Assembly (NCBI GenBank): GCA_963771175.1
Contig: CAVYSY010000033.1
Location: forward strand, 192,001-256,000
DNA: 64,000 bases
Reading direction: 5' to 3'
From: an uncultured delta proteobacterium
GTDB lineage: Bacteria; Myxococcota; Myxococcia; Myxococcales; Myxococcaceae
Of the stretch, positions 56,576-64,000 are shown piece after piece. Under the pieces are notes generated by a model. It saw only the letters and a list, made by a program, of their open reading frames with translations. It was not told the DNA's origin and made no database searches. A program made the position numbers and the translations under genes. Position 1 is the stretch's first letter; each line of letters starts with the position of its first letter.

Positions 56576-56956
56576 TCATTCCTCATAGAGAACATTCACG
56601 GGATCGCCCTTGATCAAGGCATCGAGGTTCTGCCGACTGGAGACGACCAGGAAGGAGTACGTCGCCTCGGCACCATCCTCGATGGTTTCGACCGGAGAGG
56701 GCGCAAGCGTCTCCGGATCGGCGATACAGGAGATGAGCTTCCTCACCCCACCGAAAACGAGACGGGCGGGCCTACCCTTGACGCTCAAGCTCTCGTCCTC
56801 CGTACAGTCGGAGCGACCACGCTTCTCGGCTTTGGCGAATGCCTCATCATCAGTGCCAGCATGAATGAGATAAATGTTCTCCATGACCGGGTACTCCACC
56901 TGTGGCCCGTCCCTGAACTCGTAATAGAGGACGACATGCGCGGCATACCAAGGCAT
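56576..56956 (-). CDS. DUF4288-like protein
   Basis: WYAAH..ENIYLIHA..EAFAKA..FGGV..DGAE. Confidence 0.7.
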   Translation of the reverse strand: MPWYAAHVVLYYEFRDGPQVEYPVMENIYLIHAGTDDEAFAKAEKRGRSDCTEDESLSVKGRPARLVFGGVRKLISCIADPETLAPSPVETIEDGAEATYSFLVVSSRQNLDALIKGDPVNVLYEE

Positions 56957-57018
56957 CGTTCTCTCTCTCTTGGGTTATCGGGCGCGGCCCCATCCACGCT
57001 GTCTGGAAGGATTCCGGG

Positions 57019-58027
57019 TCACTTTTTCCCGCCGTCCGCTTCGGCCTGCCGCGCCCCGCGCATCCAGTCCGAGCCCAGGTACGCGTAGACGCCCAGGCCC
57101 ACGGCGAGCGCGAAGGACACCTTGAAGGCCACCGACAGCTTCGGCGGGTGGATCTGCGAGATGGTGCCCTCGATGAAGCCCGCGAGCACGAAGAGCGCGA
57201 GCGTGCCGAAGAGGAGCTTCACCGCGCGCACCGCCTCCTGGCGCAGCGCCATGCCTCGGGGCAGACCTCGCGGCGCCACCTGCCCCCGGGCGATGACGAA
57301 GCCCGCCGCGCCCGCGATGCAGATGGCGGTGATCTCCGGAATGCCGTGGGGGAGGATCCACGCCCAGAACCAACCCGCCATCCCCTTGGCCGCGTAGACC
57401 TGCGCGAGCGCGCCCAGCATCAGGCCGTTGATGAAGAGCATCAGCCCCGTGCCCACGCCCGCGGTGATGCCCAGCGCGAAGGCGAGGAACGCCACCTGGA
57501 TGTTGTGGGTGAAGAGGAAGGTGGTGAACTGCGGCCTGCTCCCCCACGGACATGCCCTGCCCCGCGGCCTCATCGGCGGCGCGCTTGATGGGGTCCAACG
57601 CCATGTGCTCCTGGGGGACGAGGTAGGGGGCCGCATCCGGGTCCACCAGCATGCCCAGGTAGCCGAAGCCCGTGCCCGCCAGGAAGAGGAGCACCGATGC
57701 CGCGTACATGCGCCACTCCTGCCGCATGAGCGCCGGGAAGCCGCGAGCGACGAAGCCCCACACGTCCGCGAACCGAGGCCGCTGGCCCGGGTAGGTAATC
57801 GCGTAGGCCCGGCCCACCAGGTCATTGAGGTATGCGCTCACGTCGGCCGAGCCGCTGCGCGCGCGCACCCACAGCAGATCGCTGGAGACGGCCCGGTACA
57901 GCTTGCCCAACGAGCGGGCCTCCTCCAACTCGAGGGCGCGCAGGCCCTGCCCCTCCGCCTTGTCGAGCAGGGACTCCAGCTTCTCCCAGCGGGGCCGCCG
58001 CGCCTCGATGAACTCGGGCATCTCCAT
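57019..58027 (-). CDS. SpoIIM/DUF95 family membrane protein (indel near 57535)
   Basis: YRAVSSDL, LFTHNIQVAF, NGLMLG, ILPHGIPE, AGFIEG. Confidence 0.88.
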
Positions 58028-58064
58028 ACGAGGCGACTCTAGCCCAGTCCGTGAGGGACTGAGG

Positions 58065-60455
58065 CTACTGGGGTTGCGCGGGGAGCAGGCCCGACCAGCC
58101 CAGTGTCAGCAACCCACCCCAGCCGCCCCAGATGCGCGCCCCGTCCGGACCGAAGCCCCGGCGCACCGAGGTCCCCAGCTCGACGCCGCCGAGCCGCAGG
58201 CGGGCCCCCACTCCGGCCGCGAAAGCAGCGGGGCCGTCCACCCGAGGCGTGGCATCCACCAGCGCATCGAGCTCGGCCCCGAGTGCCAGCCGGGGAATGG
58301 GCAGGAACCACGCCTGATACGTGCTGTCCCAGGTGGCCCGAGCCTCGCCCGGACGGATGGCGTACCCCTGGCTGGTGGAGAACGCCCAGCGCTCCCGGCG
58401 CAGGCCCGCGAGCACCGCCGGGCGAAGCCGCAGACCCTGAGCATCCTGCTCGAAGCCGGGGCCCGTCAGCGCGGCATCGAAGGACAGCAGCGCGCGGAAG
58501 GAAGGATGATCCGTCAGCCGCACCCGCCCCGACAGCGAGGCGGACAGCGACGTCGCGGGCAGCGCCCCCTCCGTACCACTCCCGCGCAGCAGCTCCCCGG
58601 GACGCAGCACCAGTGCCGTGCCCACGGCCACCCGCTCGGCCACCCGCCCCTCCACTGCGAGCGTGGTACGCCCGCGAGCGAGGTCCACACCCGCCGAGCC
58701 CAGCTCGGGCTGAGCGCGCAACTCGAAGAGCCAGGCCTGCGGTAGGAAGGCCGTGGGCAGCGGGGCCGCCTCCACCAAGCCGCCCGTGGGGACGCCCAGC
58801 ATCGGCAGCAGCGCCGCCTCCTCCGGGGCGGACTTCACGGGGAGCTCGGGCTCCATGGGGCGCTCGGGCTCCAAGGTCGCCACCTGCGTCGGGGCCCCCG
58901 ACTCCGCCGGAGCATGGGCACTGACCTGTTGGAGCGACGTGTCACCCCAGAGGGCCTCCACCACGGCCACGCGCTCGCCGCCGCGCATCCCCGGCACGGC
59001 CCGCGTCATCAGCGAGCCGTCCGACTGGCGCCGCGGCGGCTCCTCCACCTGGGTGCCGTGCAGCCCGCGCAGCTTCAGCGGGGCGAGGGGCACCTCCAGC
59101 GGCTGGCCGCGTACGTCCAGCACCTGCACCTTCACCCGGAACGCCCCGGCCAGGGGCTCGAGGTCCACCTCCACGCGGGGCGGCACCACCGTGAGCGTCA
59201 GCTTCTCCGGGCGTGCGTCGGGCACCCCGCGCGGCAGCAACTCCAGCGTGTGCGTGCCCACCCCCTCCACCCGCACCGGGTGCGTCGTGGGAGCTCCATC
59301 GAGGCGGAAGTCCAGGGACTCGGCGCCCTCCACCGCCAGGTCCAGCCAGTACGCCCCCTGGAGACCCTGGGGCCCCACCACGCCGCGCTCCGTCTTCACA
59401 CGCAGCACTTCCACCTGCCGCACGGCGGACACCCTGCCCACCAGACCCGCCGCGTCCACGGCGCGCACCCGCGCGTAGTACCGGCCGGGAACCAGCGCGC
59501 GGGCCACGGACTTCAAGGCCTCCGGCGCCGCCTGCACCGTCTCGCCGTGGACCCGGTCATTGAAGCGCTCGTCGCGCGCCAGCTCCACCCGGTACGACGA
59601 GGCCCCCTTCACGGGCGCCCACGCCAGCTCCTCGTCCACGCCCTTGTCGTCCAGCAGCAGCCGCACCGAGCGCACGCCGCCCGCCCATTGGGGCGCCTCG
59701 GGCAGCGGGCGCGGCTTCTCGGGCTGCTTGCCCTTCTCCACCCGCGTCCCGTGGTCCTTCGGCACCTGGACACTCTGGCCCTGCGCGCTCACCTCCGCCT
59801 GACCGTCGAAGATGGAGACGCGGCTCATCTGCTGCGCGTCCACGCCCACGTGGAGGTCCTTCGAGCGCGCGGCCACCGTGGCCGCCGGCATCTGCACGCC
59901 CAGGGGCTCGCCGCGAAGCTGCGCGAGCGAGACGTTCAGCTCACCCTGCAGCAGCTCCACCGCTCCGGACTTCTTCACCTTGTCCGTCGCCTTGGCGGCC
60001 TGCCCGTAGATGACGACGAGCGCGTTCTCGTTCATCTGCAGCCGCGTCTCGTCGCGGAAGGTCACCTCGGCGCCGGCCTCGCGCAGCGTGTTGACGGAGT
60101 CCAACCGCCACAGGCCCTGTCCGGTGTTGGCCCGACGCCAGTCCACCTTCCCCGCCGGCTTCGCGTTGACCTCGGGCTTGACGAAGGTGAGGCGCGCGTC
60201 CGGGTCGCCCTTGATGCGCAGCACCGTGCCCGGTTTGAGCTGGTGCGGCGGAGCCCCCATCTTGTTGAGCGCGTGCAGCTTCGCGGAGCCAACCGTCGCG
60301 TCGCCGAACACCTTGCGCCCCACGCTGCCGCACGTGTCTCCGGGCTGCACCACGTACACATCGTCCGCGGCTTCCTCGGCCCACGAGACGACCGGAAAGC
60401 ACAACATCAGGGCGAGCGCGGCGGCGAACCCGCTAACGCTTGAGCTTCTGAGCAC
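58065..60455 (-). CDS. LysM-FecR-FN3 protein with C-terminal beta-barrel-like domain
   Basis: YVVQPGDT..LKPGTVL (LysM); TLREAGAEVTFRD..VELLQG..VSIFDG (FecR); amphipathic C-terminal strands. Confidence 0.8.
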   Translation of the reverse strand: MLRSSSVSGFAAALALMLCFPVVSWAEEAADDVYVVQPGDTCGSVGRKVFGDATVGSAKLHALNKMGAPPHQLKPGTVLRIKGDPDARLTFVKPEVNAKPAGKVDWRRANTGQGLWRLDSVNTLREAGAEVTFRDETRLQMNENALVVIYGQAAKATDKVKKSGAVELLQGELNVSLAQLRGEPLGVQMPAATVAARSKDLHVGVDAQQMSRVSIFDGQAEVSAQGQSVQVPKDHGTRVEKGKQPEKPRPLPEAPQWAGGVRSVRLLLDDKGVDEELAWAPVKGASSYRVELARDERFNDRVHGETVQAAPEALKSVARALVPGRYYARVRAVDAAGLVGRVSAVRQVEVLRVKTERGVVGPQGLQGAYWLDLAVEGAESLDFRLDGAPTTHPVRVEGVGTHTLELLPRGVPDARPEKLTLTVVPPRVEVDLEPLAGAFRVKVQVLDVRGQPLEVPLAPLKLRGLHGTQVEEPPRRQSDGSLMTRAVPGMRGGERVAVVEALWGDTSLQQVSAHAPAESGAPTQVATLEPERPMEPELPVKSAPEEAALLPMLGVPTGGLVEAAPLPTAFLPQAWLFELRAQPELGSAGVDLARGRTTLAVEGRVAERVAVGTALVLRPGELLRGSGTEGALPATSLSASLSGRVRLTDHPSFRALLSFDAALTGPGFEQDAQGLRLRPAVLAGLRRERWAFSTSQGYAIRPGEARATWDSTYQAWFLPIPRLALGAELDALVDATPRVDGPAAFAAGVGARLRLGGVELGTSVRRGFGPDGARIWGGWGGLLTLGWSGLLPAQPQ

Positions 60456-61732
60456 GCGACACCTTTCGAGTCAGATCGAGGGGATCCAGTGGCAGGGGGA
60501 TGAAATCAAACAGCCCTCCCTCGAGAGCGCCCGTGACCAGTTCCCAGTCCTCCGCGGGACCGCACAGCAGGACCGGGGGAGTCCCCGGGCGAGCGGCCAG
60601 GGCCCTCGCGAGGACGAGCGACTCCCGCCCGCCCGCGACGACGAGCAACGCGCCGAAGCCCTCCAGCGGCTCCTGCGTCGAGGCCACCCGCGCCTGGAAC
60701 CCACACACGGAGAGCGACATCACCAGCGTGTTCTCCGTGGCACTCTCGCCCGAGGCGAGCACCCCCACGGGCAGCCCCCCGGCCACGAGCCGAGGAACAG
60801 ACACCTCGTGCCGCGCGGACCCGAGCCCGAGCCCACGCTCCGTCTTCTTGCCCTCTCCCCGCTTCGGGGCGGGCGCGCCCACCGGCTCGGCGAGCACGGC
60901 CAGCAACTCCTGGCGCAGGGTCGGCGCATCCGGCGGACGCCGCTCGGGCAGCTTCTCCAACGCCTTCATCACCACGGCTTCCAGGCGCTCGGGGAGCGAG
61001 AGGTCCGGTCGCGCCTCGCGGAGCGGAGGCACCGGCTTGTAGAGGTGCGCGGCGGACATCTCCGCCGAGGGCATCACCGGGAAGGGAGGCACTCCGGTGA
61101 GCAGCTCGTAGAGCACACACCCCAACGCGTACAGGTCGCTGCGCCCGTCCAGCGGCAGCCCGCGCAGCTGCTCGGGGGACATGAAGCCCGGTGTCCCCAC
61201 CGCCGTGCCCGCCTGGGTGAGGCGCGCCTGCTCCACCCCGCCGAACGTGGCGAGGCCGAAGTCGAGCACCTTCACGCGCTCGCCGCGCTCGTGCGCCTCC
61301 AGGAAGAGGTTCGCGGGCTTGATGTCGCGGTGGATGATGCCGAGCAGGTGCGCGGCCTCCAGCACCTCCAGCACCTGCACGGCCAGCCCCACGGCGCGAG
61401 GCACTGGCAGCGCACCCTCGCGTGCCAGCAGGGACGCCACCGTCTCGCCAGACACCAGCTCCATGGCGAGGAAGAGGAAGCCCGCGTCGAGCCCGTAGTC
61501 GTACACCTCCACGGAGCCCGGGTGGCGCAGCCGGGCGAGCACCTGGGCCTCGCGATGGAAGCGCTCGGGGAAGCCGGGGGCGCTGGCGATGTGCGGGTGC
61601 ATCACCTTGAGGGCGACCTGGCGATCCAGGCCGAGCTGCTCCGCCACATAGACCGTCGCCCATGCCTCCCGCGCCGAGCAGTCGCAGGACGCGGAAGCGC
61701 CCGCCGATGATCTGTCCCACCTGAAGCGTCAA
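60433..61732 (-). CDS. Ser/Thr kinase with C-terminal pseudo-receiver domain (indel near 61655)
   Basis: LGAGGMG, VALK, HRDIKPAN, DFGL, GTPGFMSPE; ..ALEGGLFDFIPLP REC-like tail. Confidence 0.88.
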
Positions 61733-63591
61733 ACCGGCACCTCGTAGATGCGCGTGGCGACGGAGCGGCCGTGCAGCTTGCGCTCGCCGGCGGGCACCAG
61801 TTCCAGACCGCTGTCGCCGATGCGCTCGCGCGTGGACTCGCTGACGAGGATCTGCCCGGGCTGGGCCATGGACTCGAGCCGCGCGGCCACGTTCACCGTG
61901 TCACCGATGACGGTGTACTCCATGCGCTTCTCGCTGCCGACGTTGCCCGCCACCGCGGGGCCGGTGTGGACGCCGATGGCCAGTTGGATCTCGATGCCCC
62001 AACGCTCGCGCCAGCGGCGGTTGCCCACGTCGAGCCAGCGGCGCAGGTCCTCGGCCGCCTGCACCGCACGCAGCGCGTCGTCCGGATGCGACTGGGGCGA
62101 GCCCCACACCGCCATGATGCAGTCGCCGATGAACTTGTCGATGATGCCCCCGCGCCGCTGGATGATCTCCGTGGCGATGGTGAACAGCTCGTTGAGGAGC
62201 GCGACGATGATCTCCGGGGGCTGGGACTCGGACAGCCGGGTGAAGCCCACCACGTCCGCGAAGAAGAGGGTGACCTCGCGGCGCTCGCCCCCGAGCCGCA
62301 GCTTGTCGGGATTGGACACCACCAGGTCCACCACGTCCGGAGACAGGTAGCGGCTGAGGGCCGAGCGCACCTGCGTCTGGGCAACGAGCTCGCGCTCCTT
62401 CGCATCGAGCGTCACGGCCATGCTGTCGAAGGCGCGGCCCAGCATTCCCAGCTCGTCCCCACGCCGGGAGACACGCGCGTCCACGCCCCGGAAGGTGCGC
62501 TCGGCGATGGCCCGCGTCGCCGCCACCAGGGAGCGGATGGGCCGGGTGAGGTGCCGGGCCAGGAACAGGCCGGCCAGGAGCGCGACCAGCGCGGCCACCA
62601 GGATCGCGATGAGGAAGGACCTGCGCATGTCCGACAACGACGCGTACACCACGGTATGGGGCTGCTGCACCACCACGGCCCAGCCCCGCTCGGAGAGGGC
62701 CTCCAGCGAGCCGAGCATCTCCCGGGGGCCATCCTGGAAGTCCGATATGGCCACCATGCCCGTGGTGAAGGAGGAGTCCCCGCTCAGCGCGGTGAAGAGG
62801 CCGTACTTCGAGAAGTCCTCCCGAGCCGCCACCCGGGCGGGGTCCGCGTGCAGCACGAGCCGCCGCTCCCGGTCCACGACGAACACCCCCTCGTGCGAGC
62901 CGAGGAACTTCTCGCCAAGCTCGTCCATCAGCGCGCAGAGTTCGCCGAGATTCACCTGGGTGCCGAGGATGCCGCGCACGGTGCCGTCCTCGGCGGTGAT
63001 GGGGAAGGAAGACCTCGAGCACCGGGTCGCCCTGCGCGCCGACGCGCACGCCCCGGGTCACCAGGTGCCCACCGCTGGCGAGCTCCTGGAGCAACGCGGG
63101 CTCCAGGCGGGAGGGAACGTCCGGGTCCGACCACCTCGCGCGCCTTGAGGGTCGTCACGCTCTGGCCACTCGGGGCGTACAGCGTGACGAAGTCGATGGT
63201 GGACAGGGCCCCCAACCGGGTCCCGACGAGGCCGACGCGCGTGGCGTCGTCCCCCAATCCGGGCGCGAAGAGGATCATCCCGATGCTATCGAGCTCGCGC
63301 TCGACGAGCAGCAACTTACCATGCACGGACCGCTTCACGTCTCCGACGATGGACCGGTGCAGGTCGCGCACGACATTCCTGGAGGAGGCATCCTCGTAGG
63401 TGGTCCATCATCTTCCACCCGAGTCCCACCAGCGTCGGCAGGACACAGGCCAGGATGATGAGGAACAGGCGCGTGAAGAGCGAGATGCCTCTCGGAGCCG
63501 CCGCGCCTTGCTCCTCGGGAGGAGGAGTAGGCACCTCCGTGCCGCGCTCCGCGCTGCGAGTCTCCACTACGGGGACAGGGGTCGCCGCCAT
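61729..63591 (-). CDS. Membrane class III adenylate cyclase (Cache-like, HAMP, cyclase; indels in the 5' half)
   Basis: TM; LTRPIRSL..DELGML HAMP; FADVVGFT, DKFIGD, EYTVIGDTVNVAARLE. Confidence 0.9.
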
Positions 63592-63823
63592 CGTGTGTAA
63601 GGGGGTTCCGCGGGGCTCGGGGAGACGTCGGAAGAGGGCCCTGATTTATCACTCCCGGTAGGTGCGGAGCGAGCCTTTGACCCCCCTTGGGCCCTCGCCC
63701 GGTCCCTCGCCGAGGAGACCCCCCGAGAGCGAGGAGCCGGCCACCTCCTGACCCATCCAGGTCGGAGCCACACCCGCCGGACGCGGTACACTCCCGGCCC
63801 TCTTTCCTCTGGAGACTCTCCGA

Positions 63824-64000
63824 ATGCGCGTCGACAAGACATCCCCCGCCCACTGGCTCGCGGTGACGCTGCTGCCCCTGCTGGCCGCCTGTGGCCCCAC
63901 CGATCCCGGCGAGCCCCTGCGTGCGCTTCCGCGAGTACCAGGACGGTCTCATCACCTTCTACGTCGAGGCGGACGGCACGGGCAATTGCTCCTATTCCGC
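63824..64000 (+). CDS. Expansin/DPBB-like lipoprotein, 5' fragment (indel)
   Basis: Lipobox LAAC; after frame change GLITFYVEADGTGNCSY, resembling the expansin N-terminal TFY..G.C motif. Confidence 0.6.
   Translation, partial: MRVDKTSPAHWLAVTLLPLLAACGPTDPGEPLRALPRVPGRSHHLLRRGGRHGQLLLFR

Overview
High-GC (roughly 70%) chromosomal segment. Gene content points to a myxobacterium (Archangium/Cystobacter/Myxococcus-like; inferred from FHA-sigma54 activator, PEGA proteins, Ser/Thr kinases and the T2SS layout). In order: type II secretion operon (3' end of gspD, gspE, F, two G-type, H, I, J, K, L, M, N); secreted polysaccharide deacetylase; cytochrome b; outer-membrane protein; FHA/sigma54 activator plus ECF sigma; S46, M50 and MBL hydrolases; a topo IV-like type IIA topoisomerase pair in A-then-B order with a perfect Myxococcus-type LexA box upstream; two PEGA proteins; an SppA fused to a predicted beta-barrel; a Rho with a poly-R/poly-Q N-terminus; accessory genes (GH-A hydrolase, membrane kinase, Cys-free glutaredoxin, CBS, polysaccharide lyase, twin Cys-rich lipoproteins, PilZ fusion, HelD-like ATPase, sugar dehydrogenase-cytochrome c, orphan PstS); a DUF4129-DUF4350-MoxR-DUF58/SpoIIM module; a cyclase-kinase-LysM/FecR operon; and the start of an expansin-like gene. 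Many genes carry single-base indels that look like assembly errors rather than real pseudogenisation. No rRNA, tRNA, CRISPR array or mobile element was seen. All family calls come from motif recognition by eye, not database searches.
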